From Acaryochloris marina MBIC11017 (lineage in GTDB: Bacteria; Cyanobacteriota; Cyanobacteriia; Thermosynechococcales; Thermosynechococcaceae), in NCBI RefSeq assembly GCF_000018105.1, contig NC_009926.1:210001-242000 (forward strand): a DNA stretch of 32,000 nucleotides. The letters are read 5' to 3'. Numbering within the stretch: the stretch's first letter is position 1; every line of letters begins with the position of its first letter. The position numbers and the translations under genes were made by a program. Below the pieces are notes generated by a model. It ran no database searches and was not told the DNA's origin. It worked only from the letters and a program-made list of their open reading frames with translations. Below are positions 7,916 through 16,076 of the stretch, in pieces.

Positions 7916-10900
7916 CGAGTGAACTAAACAGAGACGAAAAAAGAAAGGCACTGCGATCGCGCCTCTCACCTGCTCAGCGGGCGCAACTCGACCAGCGTTT
8001 GCGGGGAGACAGATCGTCTGCGGTCAACGTCAACGCGATCCCTCGCCGTTCGACAACTTCACCGTCGCCGCTCTCCTTTGCCCAGCAGCGGTTGTGGTTT
8101 CTGCAACAGCTCGAACCTGGTCAGGCGTTTTACAACGAACATGCGGCGCTGCGACTGGCTGGGGAACTGAATCTTGCCGCTCTGGAGCACAGCCTGAATG
8201 CGCTGGTTGAACGCCATGAAGTCTTCCGCACCCGCTTTGATATCGTGCATGGGCAACCCGTGCAGGTGATTATCCCTCACCTAGCGCTGTCCTTGGCTCA
8301 AGCCGATCTGCAGACGGTACCAGCAGCCGATCAGGCCGAGGTCGTACAGCGTTTGTCAAGGGAGCAAAGCCACGAACCGTTCAATCTGGAACAGGCTCCG
8401 CTATTACGCTGGCTGTTGATCTGGCTGGATGAGCAAGACTACGTGCTGCTGTTCACCATTCACCACATCATCTTTGATGGCTGGTCGATTGATATCTTGA
8501 TGCGGGAGTTGTCGAGTTTCTATACAACGTTCTCAGCAGCAGACGATTCTGACAGTTCCAATGTCCTGCCTGAGTTACCAATTCAATATACCGAATATGC
8601 GCTCTGGCAACGGCAGTGGTTGCAGGGAGACGTGCTGCAAGCGCAACTAGACTACTGGCGGCGGCAGCTTGCCCAGGCTCCGCCGCTGCTGAATCTACCC
8701 AGCGATCGCCCACGACCTGCAATTCAAACCTATCGAGGAAAAGCCCAGACCTTTCAGCTCTCGCAGCCGATGGCTCAGGCGCTCAAGGATTTAAGTCGGC
8801 AGACGGGTCTGACGTTGTTTATGACGTTGCTGACGAGCTTCAAGATTCTGCTGCATCGCTACACCGAACAGACGGATCTGATTGTCGGTTCTCCGGTGGC
8901 GAACCGCAATCGGGCAGAGGTGGAAGGGCTGATCGGCGTGTTTGTAAATAGCCTAGTGCTGCGTACCGATTTGTCTGGCAATCCAACGGTTGCCGAACTG
9001 ATGCAGCGGGTGCGACGGGTACTGCTGGGAGCCTATGCCAACTCGGAGCTGCCGTTTGAAAAGCTGGTGGAGGAACTCCAGCCCGAACGCGATACGCACT
9101 CCAACCCCCTATTTCAGGTGTCGTTTACGCTGCACAACACGCCCCGGCAGGCGGTTGAGCTATCGGGGCTGACCCTAACGCCTGTAGAGGTGAGCCGCGA
9201 TCGCGCCTTGCTAGATCTGCGCTTGGACATGACAGAAACCGAACAGGGACTAACGGGATGCTGGGAATACAGCACCGACTTGTTTGATGATGATCGAATT
9301 GAGCGGATGAGTGGCCATTACCAGAAACTACTGGAGATGATGGTAGCTAATCAAGCCCAGCACATTGCAGATCTGTCCCTCCTGACTGAATCTGAGTTCC
9401 ACCAGTTGATGCAATGGAATCAGACACAGGCTGACTATCCCCAAGATCGGTGTTTATCTGAGCTGTTCGCCACCCAGGTTGAACAAACGCCAGATGCGAT
9501 TGCACTCATCTTCGAAGACCAACACTTGACCTATGCCGAACTCAATGCCCGAGCTAATCAACTCGCTCACTATCTGCAAACCCTAGGGGTGAAGCCAGAT
9601 GATTTGGTGGGAATTTGTTGCGATCGCAGCCTCGACATGATGATTGGACTGCTGGGCATCCTCAAATCGGGAGGAGCCTATGTGCCGATTGATCCGGACT
9701 ACCCGAGCGATCGCTTGGCCTGGATGATGAGTGATGCCCACCTAGCGATTCTGCTCACCCAACGCTCTCTAACGGATCAGCTACCTCCCCATCAGGCTCA
9801 GGTCGTTGAACTGGATGGGGATTGGCAGACAATTGCCCAGCAACCCCGACACAATCTCGCTAATCTGGCTACGGCAGACCACCTCGCCTACGTCATCTAC
9901 ACCTCCGGTTCAACAGGCAAGCCTAAGGGGGTGCAGATTACTCACCGCAGTCTGGTTAATTTCCTCTGCTCGATGCACAAACAGCCCGGTTTAACTGCGG
10001 ATGACACATTACTGGCTATCACCTCGATTTCCTTTGATATCGCGGCACTGGAACTGTATCTTCCCCTGATTACCGGGGCAAAGGTCGTCGTCGCTAGTCG
10101 TACAGTAGCCGCCGATGGCGAACAACTCAGTGAACTGCTTAGCCGCACAGGCGCAACCATTATGCAGGCCACCCCCGCCACCTGGCGGATGCTGCTGACC
10201 GCAGGCTGGTCTGGACAAGCCGGACTAAAAATGCTCTGTGGCGGTGAAGCCCTGAGTGGCGATCTGGCTCAGCAGTTAATGAACATGGGAACTTCCGTCT
10301 GGAATCTCTATGGCCCCACCGAAACCACCATCTGGTCTACGATTTATCCAGTAAAGAACCAGCCACACAATCACACCGACTCCGAAGTCCCCTTTACCAA
10401 GGGGGATTTAGGGGGATCAATCCCTATCGGCCACCCCATCGCCAACACCCAAATCTATCTCCTCGATCGCCACGGACAGCCTGTGCCTGTCGGCGTTCCC
10501 GGTGAACTGCACATCGGCGGCGACGGACTCGCACGGGGCTACCTGAATCGACCTGAGCTAACGGCAGAACGATTTATTGATTTTGGATTGCCAATTGCCG
10601 ATTTTGGATTAGAGCCAGACTCACAAATCCCTCCAAAATCCGAAATCGTTCGACTGAGCGCTCACGACGAAGTCCAAAATCCAAAATCCGTTCGTTTATA
10701 CAAAACTGGCGACCTCGCCCGCTACCGTCCGGATGGCTCAATCGAGTATCTAGGTCGCCTGGATCATCAGGTGAAAATTCGCGGCTTCCGGATTGAACTG
10801 GGGGAAATTGAAGCCGTCTTGCGTCAGCATTCAGATGTCCATGAGGTGGTCGCGATCTCCCGTCCCGACTTATTCGGAGAGTCGCAGTTAGTGGCCTATT

Positions 10901-13900
10901 TGGTCTGCCAGCCAGAACGACAGGTAGACAGTGGTGAGCTACGCAAATTCTTACGGGCGAAACTGCCAGACTACATGGTGCCTGCGACCTATATGACGCT
11001 GGAGGCTCTGCCCCTGACACCCAATGGCAAGGTCGATCGCAAGGCGCTACCTGCTCCTACACCGGAGTTGCGTATGATCGACGCTGATGCTAGTCCTGCA
11101 AGCCCAATTGAGGACATGCTGGCAGGGGTTTGGGCAGCAACTTTGGGGCTTGAGGGGGTGGGTCGCTACGACAACTTCTTTGAGTTGGGCGGACATTCTC
11201 TGCTGGCAACACAGGTTATGTCTCAGATACAGCGTTTGTTGCAAGTAGAGGTACCGTTGCGGTCGCTATTTGAATCACCCACCGTCGCACAGCTAGCGGA
11301 ACGGGTTGAGGCGGCAATCCAGACCGGAGCCTCCTTAAGTATCCCAGCTATCCAGTCCCGGTCGAATCGGGACGTTGCCCCCCTCTCATTTGCCCAAGAG
11401 CGCATGTGGTTTTTGGCTCAGCTTGAACCCGAAAACCCCTTTTACAATCTGCCGATTGCCGTCGCTCTGGACGGTTTGCTTGACCTCGATGCCTTGGAGC
11501 AAACTCTGACAGAGATTCTGCGTCGCCATCAGGGGCTACGCACCCGCATTGAGACTCGCGTAGGAGTTGCGATCGCTCGGATTGCAGATCCCGTTCCGTT
11601 CCCGCTACGGCGAGTTGATTTGAGCCAGTCCGCCAGCCTAGATCGAGAGCCTGAAATCCAGCGTTGGATTGACACCGCAGCCCGTCAACCCTTTGACCTC
11701 CAGCAGGATCTCCTCCTGCGAGCCACCGTACTTCGCCTGTCGGAGCAGGAGCATATTTTGCTGTTGACGCTGCATCACATTGCCGCTGATGCCTGGTCTT
11801 TCGGACTGCTGGCCAGTGAAATCAGCGCTCTCTATCCGGCTTTCTGTGACGGCAACCCCTCTCCCTTACCGGAACTACCGATTCAGTATGGCGACGTGGC
11901 GGTGTGGCAGCGACAGTGGCTACAAGGGAACGCCCTCCAAACGCAAATGGACTATTGGCGGCAGCAGCTACAGGATGCACCCGCGTTGCTGAACCTGCCC
12001 ACCGACTATCCCCGCCCCGCTGTCCAGACCTATCGAGGGGCACGCTACGGTTTTGAGCTTTCTGCCAGCCTGACGCGATCGCTACATCATCTCAGTCAGC
12101 AGGCAGGCTGCACTCTATTTATGACGCTGCTGGCCGCGTTCAAGCTGCTGCTGGGGCGCTACAGCAACAGTACCGATATCCTCGTGGGAACGCCCATTGC
12201 CAACCGCAATCGGGCTGAGGTTGAAGACCTGATTGGCTGTTTCGTGAATACGCTGGTGCTGCGAACGGATCTCTCCCATCAGCCAACGGTATTGAAACTA
12301 CTTGAGCGGGTGCGAGAGGTAGCTCTGGGAGCCTATGCCCATCAGGATTTGCCTTTCGAACAACTGGTAGACGGACTGCAACTAGGGCGATCGCTGAGTC
12401 ATACGCCGCTATTTCAGGTGATGTTTGTGCTGCAGAACACGCCGCTACCGCAGGTGACGCTGCCAAACCTCCAGATTCATCCGCTCGACACTGGGAGCGG
12501 TACTACTCAGTTTGATCTCACCCTTTCTCTGGAGGAAACGCCTGCCGGACTCACTGGCGTTATTGAGTATAACTGCGACTTGTTTGAGGAAGCGACCATT
12601 ACTCGGATGGCAGGACACTACCAAATGCTGCTGGACGGGTTTGTTGCCCATCCCCAGCGGCCTGTGGCAGAACTGCCCTGTTTGACAACTGCCGAGCAGC
12701 AGCAGCTAGTTGCTTGGAATCAAACCCAGGCCGTGTATTCACAGGATGCCTGTATTCACCATTTGTTTGAAGCCCAGGTTGAACGGATACCCGATGCGAT
12801 CGCAGTTGTTTTCCAGGATCAGCAGCTGACGTATGGGGAACTCAACCAGAGAGCCAATCAGTTGGCCCAGAAGTTGCGATCTCAGGGAGTACAGCCGGAT
12901 GTTCCTGTGGGCATTTGTGTGGAGCGCTCAATCGATATGCTGGTGGCGCTGCTAGGGGTACTGAAGGCAGGCGGCGCGTACCTGCCCCTCGATCCTACCT
13001 ATCCGTCTGAGCGGCTGGCGTTTATGCTGGACGATGCCCAAGTTAAGCATTTGGTTACTCAGTCCGCTCTGTGCGATCGTATTCCTCCCCATCAGGCACA
13101 AGTGGTTTATCTGGATAGACTTGCCACTGAAAACTCTCGACCGGATTCAGGCAATCCAATTCACTCACCGCAGACGGAAAATTTAGCCTATGTAATCTAT
13201 ACCTCCGGCTCTACGGGCAAGCCTAAAGGGGTGATGGTAAACCACCGCTCTCTAGTGAACTACACCGAAGCGATTGCTTCAGCCTATGTTCTGAAACCAA
13301 GCGATCGCGTCCTGCAATTTGCCTCTATCAACTTCGATGTGGCGGCAGAAGAAATCTTCCCGACGCTGGCGCAGGGAGGGACATTGGTCTTACGCACCGA
13401 TGAGATGCTCGATTCAATCCCCACCTTTTTACATCAGGTTCAAGCGTTAGAGTTGACGGTGCTCAACCTGCCCACCGCATTTTGGCATCAGTTCACGGCT
13501 GAACTCGACAGAATGTCAACGACTGTTCCGGATTCCCTACGGCTGGTGGTAATTGGTGGCGAACGCGCTCTAGCCGATCGCGTCCAAACCTGGCATCGAG
13601 TGGTGGGCGAACAGATTCGCCTCGTGAACTGCTACGGCCCAACCGAAGCAACTATCGGCGCAACGCTCTGTGATTTAACCGCCTATGCTCCAACTGAATG
13701 GGCGGGGAACGAATCGGGGGCAACCATCCTCAGTTCTAACGATGTCCCCATCGGCAAACCCATTCAGAACGTCCAAACCTACGTGCTCAACGCCGACTTG
13801 CAACCTGTCCCCATCGGCATTCCTGGCGAACTGTATATCGGTGGCGATGGTCTCGCACGCGGCTACTTGAATCGACCTGAGCTAACGGCAGAACGATTTG

Positions 13901-16071
13901 TTGATTTGAGATTGCCGATATCTAATTCAAAATTCAAAACTCAAAATTCAAAACTCTCCCCTTCGATTTGTTTATATAAAACGGGCGATCTTGTCCGCTA
14001 CCGCCCCGACGGTAATCTAGAGTATCTGGGCCGCATCGACCATCAGGTGAAGATGCGCGGCTTTCGGATTGAATTGGGTGAAATTGAAGCGGCATTGGGT
14101 CAGCATCCGGCGGTGCAGAATGCCGTGGTAGTTGACGACGAGACGGAACTGGGTACCCGCCGCTTGGTGGCTTATGGGGTAGCAATGCCCTATGCCGACC
14201 TGTCGATGCCTGAGTTGCGCCAGTTTTTGACAGAGAAACTACCGGCCTACATGGTGCCTGCGGTGTTTGTGCTTCTGGAAACTCTGCCACTGATGCCCAA
14301 TGGCAAGGTGAATCGCCAGGCACTGCCCGCTCCAGATGCCACCCAGGCGGAGTCTGACGCTACTGTGGCTTCCCCCCGAACACCGACTGAAATCACCTTG
14401 GCTGAGATTTGGGCGCAGGTGTTGTCAGTGACGCAGGTGGGCATTCACGACAACTTCTTTGAGTTGGGCGGCGATTCGATTCTCAGTCTCCAAGTGGTAG
14501 CCAGATCTCATCAAGCCGGACTACAATTCACGCCCAAACAGCTTTTTGAGCATCAGACCATTGCCGAATTGGCGATCGTTGCCCAGACGAAGCACGAAAC
14601 GGAGATTGAGCAGGGATTAGCCACGGGGTCTGTTGGGTTAACGCCTATCCAGCAGTGGTTCTTTGAGCAACAGTTGCCGGATCCCCATCACTTCAACCAA
14701 GCGGTACTTCTAGAAGTGCCGCAGCCACTCGACCCAGGGCTGCTGGAACAGGCAGTTCAACAGGTGCTCATTCACCACGATGCGCTCCGGCTGCGGTTCG
14801 AACCAATAGAGTCCAGCTGGCGGCAGGAATATGCTCCACCTGATTCAGCGCTACTTCTAATCAGGTGGGATTTCTCAACTCTGAGCAAGGCGGAGCAGCA
14901 GGCCGCCTTTGCTACTGCAGCCGCTGAACTCCACACCAGCCTTGACCTATCTAAGGGGCCGCTGCTGCGGGTGGGCTATTTTGATTGGGGAGATCACCTC
15001 TCGGATAGCCTACTGATTGTGATTCATCACTTGGTAGTGGACGGTGTATCCTGGCGCATCCTGCTGGAGGATTTGCAGACGGCCTACCAGCACCTCAGTC
15101 GAGGAGAAACGGTGCAGCTTCCCGCTAAAACGCTGTCGTTCCAGCAGTGGTCGCAGCAACTACAGCAGATGGCTCAAACGGTACTGGACTCATCAGAACC
15201 CGACTACTGGCTGGCACAGCAGTCTTCGACACCGCTGCCTGTGGATATAGTAGGTGCAGAAAAAGCAGGGGCGGAAAATACGGTTGCCTCAGCGGCTACG
15301 GTTCACTGCATCTTGAGCATGGCTGAGACTCAAGCTTTGCTCAAAGAAGTGCCGTCTGTCTACAACACTGAAATAAACGACGTGTTGCTGACTGCCTTAG
15401 TACAAACGTTAACGGCATGGGTTGAGCCTGATGCAGCTATCCATTCACCCACCTTCTTGATCGATCTCGAAGGCCACGGACGAGAGGGTATTACCGCAAA
15501 CCTCAACGTCTCACGCACGGTGGGCTGGTTCACCACCGTCTTTCCAGTGGCTCTAAGCCTTGACCCCAACGTCCATCCAGGCGAAGCGTTAAAGCAGGTC
15601 AAAGAACAACTGCGCCGCATTCCCCATCAAGGGCTCGGCTACAGGCTGCTGCGCTATCTCAGCGAGGAACCAAGCCTCACCGCAGCGTTGAAAAACCTCC
15701 CCCAAGCCAACATTCTGTTCAACTACTTAGGCCAGTTTGACTCTGCGCTGACGGACACTGCCCTATTTCGTCCGCTGTCGGAATCGGCAGGGCCAACTCA
15801 AAGTCCACGCGGTCAACGCAGCCACTGGCTGGAGATCAATTGCTGGGTGAGTGGCGGACAACTGCATCTGGACTGGATTTACAGTCAGGCGCTGCATCAA
15901 TCCAGCACGATGGAAACGCTGGCGCAGCAGTTTATGGAGACATTGCGATCGCTGATTGCCCACTGTCAATCTCCAGACGCAGGTGGCTATACCCCCTCTG
16001 ACTTTTCGGAAGCAGACTTGAGTCAAGATGACCTCGATCGCTTCCTAGCCCACCTCAATCGCAGGAGTTAG
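7912..16071 (+). CDS. NRPS, two modules plus epimerase: C-A(Gly)-T-C-A(unassigned)-T-E
   Basis: 2719-aa ORF. Motifs, in order: SFAQQRLWFL, HHIIFDGWS, LAYVIYTSGSTGKPKGV, FFELGGHSLLAT, SFAQERMWFL, HHIAADAWS, LAYVIYTSGSTGKPKGV, FFELGGDSILSL. E-domain motifs follow: PIQQWFF, HHLVVDGVSW, EGHGRE, RTVGWFT and FNYLGQ. Confidence 0.95.
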   Translation: MTSELNRDEKRKALRSRLSPAQRAQLDQRLRGDRSSAVNVNAIPRRSTTSPSPLSFAQQRLWFLQQLEPGQAFYNEHAALRLAGELNLAALEHSLNALVERHEVFRTRFDIVHGQPVQVIIPHLALSLAQADLQTVPAADQAEVVQRLSREQSHEPFNLEQAPLLRWLLIWLDEQDYVLLFTIHHIIFDGWSIDILMRELSSFYTTFSAADDSDSSNVLPELPIQYTEYALWQRQWLQGDVLQAQLDYWRRQLAQAPPLLNLPSDRPRPAIQTYRGKAQTFQLSQPMAQALKDLSRQTGLTLFMTLLTSFKILLHRYTEQTDLIVGSPVANRNRAEVEGLIGVFVNSLVLRTDLSGNPTVAELMQRVRRVLLGAYANSELPFEKLVEELQPERDTHSNPLFQVSFTLHNTPRQAVELSGLTLTPVEVSRDRALLDLRLDMTETEQGLTGCWEYSTDLFDDDRIERMSGHYQKLLEMMVANQAQHIADLSLLTESEFHQLMQWNQTQADYPQDRCLSELFATQVEQTPDAIALIFEDQHLTYAELNARANQLAHYLQTLGVKPDDLVGICCDRSLDMMIGLLGILKSGGAYVPIDPDYPSDRLAWMMSDAHLAILLTQRSLTDQLPPHQAQVVELDGDWQTIAQQPRHNLANLATADHLAYVIYTSGSTGKPKGVQITHRSLVNFLCSMHKQPGLTADDTLLAITSISFDIAALELYLPLITGAKVVVASRTVAADGEQLSELLSRTGATIMQATPATWRMLLTAGWSGQAGLKMLCGGEALSGDLAQQLMNMGTSVWNLYGPTETTIWSTIYPVKNQPHNHTDSEVPFTKGDLGGSIPIGHPIANTQIYLLDRHGQPVPVGVPGELHIGGDGLARGYLNRPELTAERFIDFGLPIADFGLEPDSQIPPKSEIVRLSAHDEVQNPKSVRLYKTGDLARYRPDGSIEYLGRLDHQVKIRGFRIELGEIEAVLRQHSDVHEVVAISRPDLFGESQLVAYLVCQPERQVDSGELRKFLRAKLPDYMVPATYMTLEALPLTPNGKVDRKALPAPTPELRMIDADASPASPIEDMLAGVWAATLGLEGVGRYDNFFELGGHSLLATQVMSQIQRLLQVEVPLRSLFESPTVAQLAERVEAAIQTGASLSIPAIQSRSNRDVAPLSFAQERMWFLAQLEPENPFYNLPIAVALDGLLDLDALEQTLTEILRRHQGLRTRIETRVGVAIARIADPVPFPLRRVDLSQSASLDREPEIQRWIDTAARQPFDLQQDLLLRATVLRLSEQEHILLLTLHHIAADAWSFGLLASEISALYPAFCDGNPSPLPELPIQYGDVAVWQRQWLQGNALQTQMDYWRQQLQDAPALLNLPTDYPRPAVQTYRGARYGFELSASLTRSLHHLSQQAGCTLFMTLLAAFKLLLGRYSNSTDILVGTPIANRNRAEVEDLIGCFVNTLVLRTDLSHQPTVLKLLERVREVALGAYAHQDLPFEQLVDGLQLGRSLSHTPLFQVMFVLQNTPLPQVTLPNLQIHPLDTGSGTTQFDLTLSLEETPAGLTGVIEYNCDLFEEATITRMAGHYQMLLDGFVAHPQRPVAELPCLTTAEQQQLVAWNQTQAVYSQDACIHHLFEAQVERIPDAIAVVFQDQQLTYGELNQRANQLAQKLRSQGVQPDVPVGICVERSIDMLVALLGVLKAGGAYLPLDPTYPSERLAFMLDDAQVKHLVTQSALCDRIPPHQAQVVYLDRLATENSRPDSGNPIHSPQTENLAYVIYTSGSTGKPKGVMVNHRSLVNYTEAIASAYVLKPSDRVLQFASINFDVAAEEIFPTLAQGGTLVLRTDEMLDSIPTFLHQVQALELTVLNLPTAFWHQFTAELDRMSTTVPDSLRLVVIGGERALADRVQTWHRVVGEQIRLVNCYGPTEATIGATLCDLTAYAPTEWAGNESGATILSSNDVPIGKPIQNVQTYVLNADLQPVPIGIPGELYIGGDGLARGYLNRPELTAERFVDLRLPISNSKFKTQNSKLSPSICLYKTGDLVRYRPDGNLEYLGRIDHQVKMRGFRIELGEIEAALGQHPAVQNAVVVDDETELGTRRLVAYGVAMPYADLSMPELRQFLTEKLPAYMVPAVFVLLETLPLMPNGKVNRQALPAPDATQAESDATVASPRTPTEITLAEIWAQVLSVTQVGIHDNFFELGGDSILSLQVVARSHQAGLQFTPKQLFEHQTIAELAIVAQTKHETEIEQGLATGSVGLTPIQQWFFEQQLPDPHHFNQAVLLEVPQPLDPGLLEQAVQQVLIHHDALRLRFEPIESSWRQEYAPPDSALLLIRWDFSTLSKAEQQAAFATAAAELHTSLDLSKGPLLRVGYFDWGDHLSDSLLIVIHHLVVDGVSWRILLEDLQTAYQHLSRGETVQLPAKTLSFQQWSQQLQQMAQTVLDSSEPDYWLAQQSSTPLPVDIVGAEKAGAENTVASAATVHCILSMAETQALLKEVPSVYNTEINDVLLTALVQTLTAWVEPDAAIHSPTFLIDLEGHGREGITANLNVSRTVGWFTTVFPVALSLDPNVHPGEALKQVKEQLRRIPHQGLGYRLLRYLSEEPSLTAALKNLPQANILFNYLGQFDSALTDTALFRPLSESAGPTQSPRGQRSHWLEINCWVSGGQLHLDWIYSQALHQSSTMETLAQQFMETLRSLIAHCQSPDAGGYTPSDFSEADLSQDDLDRFLAHLNRRS
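8065..9351 (+). other. Condensation domain (accepts the ACP-bound polyketide-thiazole acyl chain)
   Basis: PLSFAQQRLWFLQQLEP, RHEVFRTRF, HHIIFDGWS, IQYTEYALWQ, IGVFVNSLVLR, ELPFEKLV. Confidence 0.88.
9439..11052 (+). other. Adenylation domain, glycine code DILQLGLIWK
   Basis: The code comes from FDIAALE / MQATPAT / LCGGEA / WNLYGPTETTIW aligned by hand to GrsA. The domain lies inside the perfect repeat 9313-11057. Confidence 0.85.
10576..10695 (+). repeat. In-frame MITE-like palindromic insert in the A6-A7 loop (encodes IDFGLPIADFGLEPDSQIPPKSEIVRLSAHDEVQNPKSVR)
   Basis: GATTTTGGATT at 10579-10589 and again at 10600-10610. The perfect reverse complement AATCCAAAATC is at 10678-10688, and TCCAAAATC is at 10632-10640. 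The paralogous A domain at 22946-24463 lacks the segment. Confidence 0.7.
11098..11301 (+). other. Thiolation domain
   Basis: YDNFFELGGHSLLATQV, with the Ser codon TCT at 11197-11199. Confidence 0.9.
11377..12666 (+). other. Condensation domain (LCL-like), C3 motif variant HHIAADAWS
   Basis: PLSFAQERMWFLAQLEP, RHQGLRTRI, HHIAADAWS (11773-11796), IQYGDVAVWQ, IGCFVNTLVLR, HQDLPFEQLV. Confidence 0.88.
12739..14331 (+). other. Adenylation domain, specificity unassigned (hand-derived code DVENVGCIGK)
   Basis: The code comes from FDVAAEE / LNLPTAF / VIGGER / NCYGPTEATIG. The acidic residue at position 239 hints at a polar or cationic substrate, but I do not recognise the code. Confidence 0.8.
13903..13971 (+). 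repeat. Shorter, diverged in-frame insert at the same A6-A7 position (DLRLPISNSKFKTQNSKLSPSIC)
   Basis: GATTTGAGATTGCC resembles GATTTTGGATTGCC. It is followed by AATTCAAAATTCAAAACTCAAAATTCAAAACTC, an A-rich 7-nt periodic tract. Confidence 0.6.
14374..14577 (+). other. Thiolation domain of the E-partner type (GGDSI)
   Basis: HDNFFELGGDSILSLQV. The GGDSI variant is characteristic of carrier domains that feed E domains. Confidence 0.88.
14623..15981 (+). other. Epimerization domain, followed by a COM-donor-like tail (about 15990-16068)
   Basis: LTPIQQWFFEQ, HHLVVDGVSWRIL, DLEGHGREG, SRTVGWFTTVFPV, PHQGLGYRLLRYL, LFNYLGQFD. The tail is GGYTPSDFSEADLSQDDLDRFLAHL. Confidence 0.9.
16063..16067 (+). 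promoter_or_regulatory. Shine-Dalgarno-like AGGAG for the stand-alone C gene
   Basis: AGGAG lies 9 nt upstream of ATG 16077, inside the last codons of the preceding gene. Confidence 0.6.
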
Positions 16072-16076
16072 CGTCC

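Larger units (their letters stand above)
9313..11057 (+). repeat. Direct repeat copy 1 (1,745 nt, apparently 100% identical to 26021-27765)
   Basis: Every line I compared between the two copies was identical. The 581-aa translations are identical. The antisense track ORFs are also identical (9806..9994 equals 26514..26702, and 9942..10181 equals 26650..26889). Confidence 0.9.

Noticed and set aside
10576-10695. Calling the in-frame palindromic insert an active mobile element.
   Set aside because: There is no transposase, no verifiable target-site duplication, and the frame is preserved. I report it as a MITE-like repeat or domesticated insert, not as an autonomous or demonstrably mobile element.
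10574-11020. Antisense ORFs of 130-180 aa inside the NRPS genes (for example 10574..11020, 24048..24512, 27282..27824, 16045..16443 and 30186..30584, all on the - strand).
   Set aside because: Each lies wholly within a sense frame that shows uninterrupted, textbook NRPS core motifs. Their translations are Arg/Pro/Ser/Gly-rich, as expected from the antisense of GC-rich coding DNA. None has a plausible RBS. The pairs that look conserved are simply the two copies of the 1,745-nt repeat.
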